Source of the DNA: Thermoplasmatales archaeon SW_10_69_26
Lineage (GTDB): Archaea; Thermoplasmatota; SW-10-69-26
Length of the DNA: 50,179 bases
Direction of reading: 5' to 3'
NCBI GenBank assembly: GCA_003009755.1
Contig: PXUB01000012.1
Coordinates: forward strand, 6,770 to 56,948
Under the pieces are notes generated by a model, which made no database searches, was not told the origin of the DNA, and saw only the letters and a program-made list of their open reading frames with translations. The first letter of the stretch is position 1; each line of letters begins with the position of its first letter. Below are positions 9,563-18,039 of the stretch, piece after piece. Made by a program: the position numbers and the translations under genes.

Positions 9563-10315
9563 ATGCGTATCCGACTGATCGGGGCTGGCAACATCGGCTC
9601 CTCGCTGGCGAGGGAAGCCGAGGACCTCGGGCTGGCGATCGAGGTCGCCGACCGGGTCGACAAGCGCGCCGCGGCGTTGGCCGAGGAGGTCGACGGTCGC
9701 GTGGTAGCGGCCGAGGACCCCATCGACGACGTCGACCTCGCCGTCGAGGCCGCCAACCAGGACGTCGTGGCGGGGCCGATGTTGGCCGCGCTCGAGGCGG
9801 GCACCGACGCGCTCGTCATGACGACGGGCGCCTTCGCCGACCCCAACCTGCTGGACGCCGCCCGCGAGGCGATGGAGACGACCGGGGCCCGCTGCCACGT
9901 CCCCAGCGGAGGCATCTGCGGGCTCGACGGCGTGAAGGCGCTCGCGCTCGAACCGGGCGCCGACGTGACCCTGACGACGCGCAAGCCGCCCTCCAGCCTG
10001 GGCCCGGTGCCCGACGACGCCGAGGGCGAGGTCTTCCAGGGCACCGCCAAGCAGGCCGTCCAGGAGTTCCCGAAGAACGTGAACGTCGCCGCCAGCCTCG
10101 TGCTCGCCGGGCTCGTGCCCGAGGTGCGCATCGTGGCGGACCCCTCGTTGGACCGGAACACGCACGAGGTCCACGTCTCCAGTCCGAACGTCGAGATCCG
10201 GACCGAGGTCGCCTCCAAGCCCAGCCCGGACAACGCGGCCACGAGCCACATCGCGGTGCTGAGCGCGCAGGCTCGGCTGCGACGGATCGTCGAGCCGCTC
10301 GAGGTCGGGACATAG
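9563..10315 (+). CDS. nadX: L-aspartate dehydrogenase
   Basis: Rossmann motif IGAGNIG; VEAA, PSGGICGLD, RKPP, FPKNVNVAA, NTHE and PSPDNAATS motifs. Confidence 0.9.
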   Translation: MRIRLIGAGNIGSSLAREAEDLGLAIEVADRVDKRAAALAEEVDGRVVAAEDPIDDVDLAVEAANQDVVAGPMLAALEAGTDALVMTTGAFADPNLLDAAREAMETTGARCHVPSGGICGLDGVKALALEPGADVTLTTRKPPSSLGPVPDDAEGEVFQGTAKQAVQEFPKNVNVAASLVLAGLVPEVRIVADPSLDRNTHEVHVSSPNVEIRTEVASKPSPDNAATSHIAVLSAQARLRRIVEPLEVGT

Positions 10316-10413
10316 CCTGCCGGTCTTGGTTTGCTTGCGCTCTCGCGCCGGTCTGAGCGCTTTCACCGCCTGAGGCTGAGCGAGAGCTGAACCCAAGCAC
10401 AGCCGGCAGGCTA
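10313..10413. mobile_element. MITE-like palindromic element with GCCTGCCGG terminal inverted repeats flanked by TA
   Basis: TAGCCTGCCGG (10313-10323) and CCGGCAGGCTA (10403-10413) form a perfect inverted pair, with an internal GCTCTCGC/GCGAGAGC stem. 42/47 identical to 50082-50128. Confidence 0.65.
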
Positions 10414-10420
10414 GGCGGCC

Positions 10421-11767
10421 TCAGTCGTCGGCGGTGACAGCCTGGAAGGAGGCGGCCACCAGCACTTGCCCGCTGGCGTCGCGGACCTCCACCTCGGCGA
10501 GCGTGGTCGTGCCGGCCTGCTCGGTGACCTCGGCTTCGGCGACGACGTGGCCCTCCTCGACGAAGCCCTCGATCTGGACCTCGGAGGCCACGGTCGAGTG
10601 CTCGGCCTCGGGCGCCTCCGTCTCCATCGCGACCGCGGCCGCCAGCTCGGCCAGCGAGATCAGCAAGCCGGATTGCACGGCGCCGGTCGCATCGTGCAGG
10701 CGCTCGCTGGCATCCAGGGTGCACACCGCTCGGCCGGGCGCGACGTGCGTCAGCGTCGTGTTCAACGCCTCGTGCACGGGCGGCAGATCCGGTTCGCGGT
10801 CGGTGAGGCCGCGCAGCGACCGGCGGGCGTGCTCGGTCATCGCCAGGCCCTCGTCCTCGTCGTCGGCCTCCTCGGAGGCGTCGGTCGAGGATCGGCCGGT
10901 GTCGGGCGTGGCGTAGCCGTCCTCGCGGCTGTCCTCGGCTTCCTCCTCGCTCTCGTCGGCGGAGGCGTCGGGCGGATCCGGCCAGGGCGACAGCTCGTCC
11001 TCGCCCGAGGAGGCCGCGGACGTCCCCTCGTTGGCCTCTTCGTCGGCGGGTTCGGGGTCCTCGTCGGGGTCGCTCGGCTGGGGATCCTCGCGGGCGGGCT
11101 CGACCGGGCGCTGGGGCTGGAGGGTCTCGACGTCCGCCGTCGCCTCCTCGGCAGCCGAGGGCCCCGAGGTGGAGCCGCTGGCGGGCGCCTTGTGGCGGCT
11201 GCCAGCCGGCGTGGGTTGGGCCGTGGTCGAGGCGCGCCGGGTCACGTTGGGGGCGGTCTGGTTCCAGGCCTTCCGCGTGACGCCCAGCGACAGGCCCCAG
11301 ATGCCGTGCGCGGCGCCCAGGAAGGTCGGATCGAGGCCCTGGACCATGACCGGGTTCGCGTAGGGGAGAAAGCCCCACCAGGCGACGGCGAAGGTGGCCA
11401 GGCCGAACCCGAGCCCGAGCACGCCGTAGGCGGGGGTCTCGGCGATGCCGTCGAGGCCGGTCGCCTCGCGCAGGCGGGGGGCGAGAGCGGCGAACAGGCC
11501 GCCGACGACGACGGCGACGACGAGGTGCAGGCCCATGCCGAGCGCGATCTCGTTCATCGAGAACGTCAGCGTGCCGCCGGCCTGCATCGATCGCAGCACG
11601 GTCGCGGCGACGTAGCCGGGGAACGCCCACAGCCCGGCGCCGGCGACCCAGGTCGCCGCCATCTCGACCAGAGCCATCACCAAGCCGGCGAGCACGCTGG
11701 CCAACAGCACCAGCTCGTTGCGTCGCAGGGCGGCGGACAGCTTGGCGAAGGCCACGTCCACCCTCAC
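10421..11767 (-). CDS. Membrane protein fused through a long acidic linker to a C-terminal PaaI-like hotdog-fold domain
   Basis: N-terminal TM helices; D/E/P-rich linker; GAVQSGLLISLAELAAAVA and AEVEVRDASGQVLVAA hotdog pattern. TATA-like TTTAAG on the minus strand at about 11785-11790. Confidence 0.75.
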   Translation of the reverse strand: MRVDVAFAKLSAALRRNELVLLASVLAGLVMALVEMAATWVAGAGLWAFPGYVAATVLRSMQAGGTLTFSMNEIALGMGLHLVVAVVVGGLFAALAPRLREATGLDGIAETPAYGVLGLGFGLATFAVAWWGFLPYANPVMVQGLDPTFLGAAHGIWGLSLGVTRKAWNQTAPNVTRRASTTAQPTPAGSRHKAPASGSTSGPSAAEEATADVETLQPQRPVEPAREDPQPSDPDEDPEPADEEANEGTSAASSGEDELSPWPDPPDASADESEEEAEDSREDGYATPDTGRSSTDASEEADDEDEGLAMTEHARRSLRGLTDREPDLPPVHEALNTTLTHVAPGRAVCTLDASERLHDATGAVQSGLLISLAELAAAVAMETEAPEAEHSTVASEVQIEGFVEEGHVVAEAEVTEQAGTTTLAEVEVRDASGQVLVAASFQAVTADD

Positions 11768-11960
11768 CAGGCCGGTCCAAGGGGCTTAAATTCTGCCCGA
11801 AGGGGCCTGTCCCCGTCCGTCGCCCTGCCCCGGGCCACACGACCCGAGACAGGTCGTTTCGCGGGGATCGAGGCGGCCGCGGGGCAGCTATTTCTATCGA
11901 GTTGGTCTTATCCTTACAGGGACGACCGAAACGCCGACGTGGGGAACCCCCCTCGGGGAC

Positions 11961-12443
11961 GTGATCGCCGTGAGCCTCTTCGACGCCGTCCAGGTCCTCC
12001 ATGTCCTCTCCGCCGCGCTCGCCCTCGGCGGGCTGGCCGCGCTGCCGTTCGTCGCCGCCCGCGTCCACGGCGCCGGCGACTCACGGTTCGCCAGCTACGG
12101 CCTGTCGATCATGCGGACGATCGAGATGGGGCTCGTCTGGCCGGCGGCCGCCGGGATCGTGGGGCTGGGGTTGGCGATGGTCGAGGGCCCGATCGCTCGG
12201 TTCAGCTTCACCGCCGAGGGCAGCGGCTGGCTGCACGTCGGGACGACGCTGTGGACCGTGCTCGCCTTGGCGCTCTACGGGATGGCTCGCCTCCGCGGTG
12301 AGCTGGTCGCCGAAGCCGAGGACGGGGCCACGGGCGGCAATCCCGTCCGACGGCTGTGGCAAGGGTGGGCGGCGGCCTGGGCCCTCGCCATCCTGTGCGT
12401 GGCCGGCGGGGTCGCCGTGATGTCGCTGAGGCTAGGCGCCTAG
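11961..12443 (+). CDS. Four-TM membrane protein (DUF2269-like)
   Basis: LHVLSAALALGG N-terminus, four hydrophobic helices, and a GWL motif. Confidence 0.7.
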   Translation: MIAVSLFDAVQVLHVLSAALALGGLAALPFVAARVHGAGDSRFASYGLSIMRTIEMGLVWPAAAGIVGLGLAMVEGPIARFSFTAEGSGWLHVGTTLWTVLALALYGMARLRGELVAEAEDGATGGNPVRRLWQGWAAAWALAILCVAGGVAVMSLRLGA

Positions 12444-12490
12444 CCGAGAAGACGATCGATGTCAGCGACGAGGCGAACCGTCGGAGCCTG

Positions 12491-12509
12491 TCGTTCGCAA
12501 CGCTTTTGC
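12491..12509 (+). promoter_or_regulatory. Shared upstream motif TCGTTC-n-GCAA-n-TTTTGC (second copy at 12878-12897)
   Basis: The same motif lies about 30 nt before the ATG of each of the two small secreted peptide genes. Confidence 0.45.
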
Positions 12510-12535
12510 GGGCCATGTGTCCTCGGCCCGTGGTT

Positions 12536-12802
12536 ATGTTCGCCAAGAAGCCCATCACCGTCGCGCTCGCGGCGCTGTTCGTCGCAAGCTTCGCGTTCCC
12601 GACCGCCGCCGCCGAGCCCAAGGACCCCCGCGACATCGAGACCGGCAACGACACCGTCGACTGTATCATCCAGCACTTGTTCAGCGGCTGGTACGTCGGT
12701 AACTGCCTGGAGGCCCCCTCCAGCACGGGCGGCCCCGGTGAGACGCTCGACTGCGTCTACGAGCACCTCAAGGCCGGCTGGTTCGTCGGCAACTGCCTTT
12801 GA
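12536..12802 (+). CDS. Small secreted peptide with two internal Cys-motif repeats
   Basis: Signal peptide ending AAA; repeats DTVDCIIQHLFSGWYVGNCL and ETLDCVYEHLKAGWFVGNCL. Confidence 0.85.
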   Translation: MFAKKPITVALAALFVASFAFPTAAAEPKDPRDIETGNDTVDCIIQHLFSGWYVGNCLEAPSSTGGPGETLDCVYEHLKAGWFVGNCL

Positions 12803-12826
12803 TCCCCTGAGACCGCAGCTCGCTGG

Positions 12827-12862
12827 GCCGGAGGCCCTGCCTCCGGCGCTTTCCTTCTTCTC
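12827..12862 (+). terminator. Hairpin plus pyrimidine tract terminator
   Basis: GCCGGAGG/CCTCCGGC stem followed by CTTTCCTTCTTCTC. Confidence 0.55.
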
Positions 12863-12919
12863 GACCACGACCTCGTCTCGTTCCGTGCAAGTTTTGCCAC
12901 CGTGGGTCGTTCCGCGACC

Positions 12920-13219
12920 ATGGATCGCACGATCCTCGGCATCGTCGTAGCGAGCCTGCTAGCAACCACCGCTGTCCTGCCCGCGACGGCGAGCGCGATC
13001 GAAGACCAACCCGAGAGCGTCGACACGGACGACGAAGAGGTGCTGCTCGAGTGCATCCTCTACTACCGCGTCGCCGTCACGGACTGCCCGGACTACTACG
13101 AGCCGCCCGAGGAGACCGCCGGGATCCTCGACGAAGACAACGACGACAGCTTCTACGAGTGCATGAAGAACGGCGGGTTCGTCGGCTACTGCCTCGAGAA
13201 GACCGGCGTCCTGCCCTGA
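12920..13219 (+). CDS. Small secreted acidic Cys-motif peptide, related to 12536-12802
   Basis: Signal peptide ending ASA; four Cys; C-terminal ECMKNGGFVGYCL. Confidence 0.8.
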   Translation: MDRTILGIVVASLLATTAVLPATASAIEDQPESVDTDDEEVLLECILYYRVAVTDCPDYYEPPEETAGILDEDNDDSFYECMKNGGFVGYCLEKTGVLP

Positions 13220-13246
13220 TCTCTGCGACGTCGATCCGAACCTGAC

Positions 13247-13280
13247 GCCGGGACGACCCCGGCCGTCTTCTACTCTTCTC
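13247..13280 (+). terminator. Hairpin plus pyrimidine tract terminator
   Basis: GCCGGG/CCCGGC stem followed by TCTTCTACTCTTCTC. Confidence 0.5.
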
Positions 13281-13380
13281 CGCCGGGACACCCAGACCAT
13301 CAAAGCCGCGAAGCCGGCGGTGGATGACGGCGTGGCGAGGGCCCCGCAGCCATCGAACCGGCGATGAAGGTACCTAGCAG

Positions 13381-13703
13381 CGAGATCGAGACCTCATCGA
13401 TGGAGGCGGTCGGTCTCTCCCCTCGCCGTCCGCCAGCGTCGAGCCCGAGCGATAGCCGCCGGGCAAGCGACGCTGGCGATTCGGACGGCCTCACCGGTAT
13501 CTGCCGTCGGCCGTCCTCGCCCGAGAGATCGGTTCTCCGCCACCGCTATGGACGCAATCGGTCCCGATCTCTCGGGAACCGGAGGGTCGGCCTGGCGGCA
13601 GCGACCCTCCGGATCCGTACGAACCGAGCGGTGACGCCGGTTCGTACTCTCCCACGAGACAGAGACCTCAGCTATGGCCTCAGTCGGTCTCTGTCTCGTG
13701 GGA
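13381..13703. repeat. Array of consecutive inverted repeats containing displaced copies of the aspS 3' end
   Basis: Perfect stems at 13431-41/13468-78 (11 bp), 13520-32/13564-76 (13 bp), 13579-89/13602-12 (11 bp), 13617-26/13638-47 (10 bp) and 13650-67/13686-703 (18 bp). Minus strand 13546-13578 encodes [10 protein letters not shown]. Confidence 0.9.
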
Positions 13704-14994
13704 ACAGCACAGCTTCCCGGATGTTGTGCAGGTCGAGCATCTCCATCACGATGCGCTCGATGCCGAGGCCGAAGCCGCCGTGGGGCGGCATGCCGTACGT
13801 GAACGGCTTGAGGTAGTCCTCGAAGTCCTCGGTGTCGGCGCCCATCTCCTCGATCCGCTGGCGGAGCAGGTCGGGGTCGTGGACGCGTTGGGCCCCGCTG
13901 GTGACCTCCATGCCGGACTTGCCGAGGTCGAAGCTGCGCGACAGCTCCTCGCCCTCGGGCTGGGCGTAGAAGGGCTTGCACTCGTCGGGGTACTTCGTGA
14001 TGAAGTAGTACTCGTGGCCCTTCTCCTCCATGATGTCCCCGAGCGCGTACTCGGCCTCGGTCGACAGGTCCTCGCCCCAGGCGACCTCTTCCTCGACGTC
14101 GTCGGCCGTCCAGTCGAGCGCCTCGTCGTAGGTGACGCGCGGGAACGGCGTGTCGGGGACGGTGACCTCGTGATCGAGCAGCTCGAGCTCCTCGGTGCAG
14201 TTCTCGTCGACGAAGCTCGTGATGGCGTGCACGAGGTTCTCGAGCACCCACAGCACGTCGTCCTCGTCGTCGATGAAGGCGACCTCGCAGTCGAACGCGC
14301 TGGACTCGTTGAGGTGCCGGCGCGTGTTGTGGCTCTCGGCGCGGAAGTACTTCGCGATCTCGAAGACCTTGTCCAGCCCGGTCGCCATCATCATCTGCTT
14401 GTACAGCTGCGGGCTCTGGGACAGATAGGCGGTCTCCTCGAAGTACTGGACCTCGAAGATGTCGGTCCCGCCCTCGCTGGCGGCGCCGATGATGTTGGGC
14501 GAGGTGAACTCGGTGAAGCCCTCCTCTTGCAGCCACTGGCGGCCCCCCTCGACGGCGGCGGCGCGGACCGCGAAGATGGCCTGGACCTCGGGCTTGCGGA
14601 CGTCGAGGAACCGGTTCTCCAGGCGGGTGTCCACGTCCGTGTCGACGCGGTCGACGACGCCCATCGGGAGCGGCGTCTGGGCCTCGTTCAGCAGCTCGGC
14701 CTCGTCGGGCAGCACCTCGAAGCCGCCCGGCGCCTCGTCGGACTCCTGGACGGTGCCCGCGATGGCGGCCACGCTCTCGCGGTTGGCCTCGACGAGCGTG
14801 TCGACGGTGTCCTCGTCGACCTTGCCCTTCGGGAGCACGATCTGCCCGGTCTCGGTGCCCTGGCGCAGTTCGACGAACGCGATGCCGCCCAGATCCCGGA
14901 CCTCCTGGATCCAGCCCGCCACGACGACCTCGCGGCCGTCGTCGTCGGGACCCAGCTCGGGGATCGCGACGCGCTCGCTGAGGGGGATGCTCAT
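13672..14994 (-). CDS. aspS: Aspartyl-tRNA synthetase, archaeal non-discriminating type
   Basis: OB fold [12 protein letters not shown]; APGG (the Pro is typical of ND-AspRS); [11 protein letters not shown]; FRAE...RHLNE; [14 protein letters not shown]. Start reassigned to ATG 14994, downstream of a TATA-like TTCATAAA. Confidence 0.97.
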   Translation of the reverse strand: MSIPLSERVAIPELGPDDDGREVVVAGWIQEVRDLGGIAFVELRQGTETGQIVLPKGKVDEDTVDTLVEANRESVAAIAGTVQESDEAPGGFEVLPDEAELLNEAQTPLPMGVVDRVDTDVDTRLENRFLDVRKPEVQAIFAVRAAAVEGGRQWLQEEGFTEFTSPNIIGAASEGGTDIFEVQYFEETAYLSQSPQLYKQMMMATGLDKVFEIAKYFRAESHNTRRHLNESSAFDCEVAFIDDEDDVLWVLENLVHAITSFVDENCTEELELLDHEVTVPDTPFPRVTYDEALDWTADDVEEEVAWGEDLSTEAEYALGDIMEEKGHEYYFITKYPDECKPFYAQPEGEELSRSFDLGKSGMEVTSGAQRVHDPDLLRQRIEEMGADTEDFEDYLKPFTYGMPPHGGFGLGIERIVMEMLDLHNIREAVLFPRDRDRLRP

Positions 14995-15199
14995 GGCCGA
15001 TGGAATGGGGACGTCCTTTATGAATGGGACGGGGCGGCCCGCGACCACGTCCGGGGCGGCGTCGAAGAGGTCCGGGGACAGGCTGGCGAACTCCAGCGTC
15101 GATCGATCGGAGTCCTCCTCCGCGCTCTCACCAGCCTCGCCCATCGCCCTCTCGTCCGGCCGGTCGGGGTTGCAGGCTTCGGACGAGTCTCCGGCGGCC

Positions 15200-16558
15200 T
15201 CACGCGAGGGCTTCGAGGCCCTGCTGGCTGACCTCGTCGAAGGCGGCCCACTGGTTGCTGGAGAGGTGCTCGCGCGGGTCGACGAGCTCGCCGTACAGGC
15301 ACGTGACGGCGGCGGTCACCGGGCTGACCAGGTAGGACTTGGATTCGACGTGGCCCATGCGGCCAGGGAAGTTCCGGTTGCTGGTGCTCACGCAGACCTC
15401 GCCCTCGTCGAGGACACCGCCCATGCCGCCGAAGCAGGCCCCGCAGCTGGACGGGTTGAACACGCCGCCGGCGTCGGTGACGACGTCGGCGATGCCCTCG
15501 GCCATCGCTTCGCGGTAGATGCGTTGGCTGGCCGGGTACACGAGAAGGCGCGTGCCGTCGGCCATCTCCTCGCCCTCGAGGATCTGGGCGACGACGCGCA
15601 GGTCCTCCAGGCGCGCGTTCGTGCACGAGCCGACGAACACCTGGTCGACCGGACCGGTATCGGTCTCGGCGACCGGGTAGACGTTGTCCGGCGACTGCGG
15701 GCGGGCGACGAGCGGCTCGAGCTGGTCGAGATCGACCTCGACGGTGCGCTCGAAGCTGGCGTCGGGATCGCTGGCCAAGTCCTCGTGCTCGCGGATCTCG
15801 TCGCGGCGGCCGTTCTTGATGTCGGGCAGACCCTCGAGGTACCCGATCGTCTCCCGATCGGGCTCGATCATGCCGGCCTTGGCGCCGAGCTCGGTCGTCA
15901 TGTTCGTGATCGTCAGGCGCTGGTACATCGGCATCGAGTCCAGGCCTGGGCCGCCGAACTCGATGCTCTTGTAGATGCCGCCGCGCGTGGTGAGCTCGCC
16001 GAGCAGGTGCAAGATCAGATCCTTGCTCATCACCGGGAACTCGTAGCCGCCGGTGAGCTCGACACGGATCGTCTCGGGCACCTTGAACCAGCACTCGCCG
16101 GTGGCGAACACGCTGGCCATCTCGGTGGGGCCGATCCCGCAGGCGAACGAGCCGACGGCGCCGGCCATGTTCGTGTGGCTGTCGGTGCCGACGACGATGT
16201 CGCCCGGCAGGCAGTGGCCCTCCTCGACGAGGATCTGGTGGCAGATCCCGTGGTTGCCGATGTCGTAGAAGTGTTGCAGGTCGTGGCGGTCGACGAAGTC
16301 CCGCACGATGCCGTGCAGGCGGGCCGAGGACTCGTCGGAGGCGGGGACCCAGTGGTCGATCGGGATCACGATCTTGTCGCGGTCCCAGACCTCGTCGGCC
16401 CCCATCTCGTTGAAGGGTTTGACGAGCTGGGCGCAGGCCTCGTGAGCCATCGCTACGTCGACGGGGACCTCGACGACCTCGCCAGGGGCCACCCGTGGAC
16501 GGTCGGCGTGGTCGGCGAGGATCTTCTCGGCCATCGTCTGGCCGCCGGAGGAGGGCAT
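15200..16558 (-). CDS. leuC: 3-isopropylmalate dehydratase / homoaconitase family large subunit
   Basis: EKIL, DHW, GICHQ, GTDSHT, GSCTN, CGACFG and STSNRNFPGRMG motifs. Substrate specificity cannot be resolved. Confidence 0.9.
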   Translation of the reverse strand: MPSSGGQTMAEKILADHADRPRVAPGEVVEVPVDVAMAHEACAQLVKPFNEMGADEVWDRDKIVIPIDHWVPASDESSARLHGIVRDFVDRHDLQHFYDIGNHGICHQILVEEGHCLPGDIVVGTDSHTNMAGAVGSFACGIGPTEMASVFATGECWFKVPETIRVELTGGYEFPVMSKDLILHLLGELTTRGGIYKSIEFGGPGLDSMPMYQRLTITNMTTELGAKAGMIEPDRETIGYLEGLPDIKNGRRDEIREHEDLASDPDASFERTVEVDLDQLEPLVARPQSPDNVYPVAETDTGPVDQVFVGSCTNARLEDLRVVAQILEGEEMADGTRLLVYPASQRIYREAMAEGIADVVTDAGGVFNPSSCGACFGGMGGVLDEGEVCVSTSNRNFPGRMGHVESKSYLVSPVTAAVTCLYGELVDPREHLSSNQWAAFDEVSQQGLEALA

Positions 16559-16767
16559 CGTAGCGTGTTGAATGGTCTCCCATGCTTAAGGGCTTGCTCG
16601 GGGGCTGGGACCCGGCTGTCTGGTTAAGCAGGGGCCGCGAAGGACACGAAGGATCGCCAAGGCCACGAAGGGCCTGTGACTCGCCGCCGGGCGGCGTTGT
16701 CACGGCAGCTGGACCGTCGGGACCGGGGGGCGACAGGTACTTGCCGGCGCGTTCGGTGGCGGACACG

Positions 16768-17253
16768 ATGCCCGAGGTCGAGCCCGTCGACGCTCCGATC
16801 CAGGACCTGCTCGAGCACGAGAACCCCTGCTTCGGTTGCGGCCCCCACAACCCCGAAGGCCTGCAGATCAAATCCTACCCCGACCCCGACGGCGACGGGC
16901 TCGTCGCCGAGTTCACCAGCTCGCCCCACCACGCCGGGTCCGGCGGCGTCCTCGGCGGAGGCGTGCAGGCCACGCTCGTCGACTGCCACGGCGTGTGGAC
17001 GGCCGTCTACCACGCCGCCGTGAACGGCGAGGACCCGGTCCCGCACTACGTGACGGCCGAGCTGGCGATGCAGTACAAGCGCCCGGCTCCGTTGGAGGCC
17101 CCCGTCGTGCTGGTCTCCACCGTGGACGAGGTCGACCCGCCACGCCTCTCCGTCGACGTCGAGGTGCGCAACGAGGAGGGCGAGGTCTGCAGCGAGGGCC
17201 GGGTCGTGTGTCACGCCCTCGACGAGGGCTGGGGCCCCAACCCGTACCTCTGA
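16768..17253 (+). CDS. PaaI-family thioesterase
   Basis: CFGCGPHNPEGL; GVLGGGVQATLVDCHG; VTAELAMQYKRPAP. Confidence 0.9.
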   Translation: MPEVEPVDAPIQDLLEHENPCFGCGPHNPEGLQIKSYPDPDGDGLVAEFTSSPHHAGSGGVLGGGVQATLVDCHGVWTAVYHAAVNGEDPVPHYVTAELAMQYKRPAPLEAPVVLVSTVDEVDPPRLSVDVEVRNEEGEVCSEGRVVCHALDEGWGPNPYL

Positions 17254-17351
17254 GCGGTCAGATGGGCCGTGGAAGATCTCGAGATCCGGGGGAAAAAGGC
17301 ACGATCGCGCTGAGACGGCCGACAGTCCATCGCGGCAAGCATCCTCGCCAG

Positions 17352-17599
17352 CGCCTCGAAGTGCCTGATCGGCACTCCGTCGGCTTGGCTCCTTGCTTTC
17401 GACCGCCTCAGCGCGCTGACCGCTCAGAGGGCGCGCGGACAGCGCGGCCACCGGCCGCTTTCTGCGCCGGTGGGCCACGCTCAGGCGGCTAACACCATGG
17501 TTGCCAAGCTGTGTCGCTGTCGGCTCGAAGTGGCCTCCGGCCACGTCGTCGCCTCGACTCCTTGCTTTCAGCCTCCTGAGCGCGGAGAGCGCTCACAGG
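17352..17599. repeat. Two ~79-bp imperfect direct repeats (17352-17430 and 17521-17599) with conserved hairpins
   Basis: Gap-free alignment at offset 169; CTCGAAGTG and CTCCTTGCTTTC are shared; stems show compensatory changes. Confidence 0.75.
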
Positions 17600-18039
17600 A
17601 GATGCAAGCCGAGCGTTCCTCACCCCGCCCATCGGCGGTGGAGGCCGACCGCCGCGAGCCCGGCGAGGAGCCCAAGCCTCCACAGCGTGCCTCGGTCGAG
17701 CAGCGGGTCGTCGGCGATCGGCTGGCGATCTGCGGGGCCTCGGCGCTCATTCACGCGCGCACCTCGTCGTAGCCGGCCAACCGCGGCTCGAGGTCCTCGC
17801 CGGCGTATCCTCACCAGCACTCGGCCTCGCCGTGGTAGCCCCAGGCGTGTCCGTCGGGATCCGCCGAGACCGCCAAGGCCCGCGATGGTGGTCTAAGGGG
17901 ACACGCTTAACCCTCAGGGGGCTATGAATAGGGATAGATGCCTTTCCAACCCACCGGTGGCGAGGCCGCAGAGCTCGAGGGCACCCCCGCCCCGGCTCAA
18001 GCCGTCGGCACCGGTTCCAATGGAAGGGGGAGCCAGGCC

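Noticed and set aside
13425-13703. Integron attC cassette array
   Set aside because: No convincing RYYYAAC...GTTRRRY boundaries, no ORFs between the hairpins and no integrase in the window.
14995-15144. N-terminal extension of AspRS
   Set aside because: A TATA-like element lies inside it, about 25 nt upstream of ATG 14994, and the shorter length fits archaeal AspRS.
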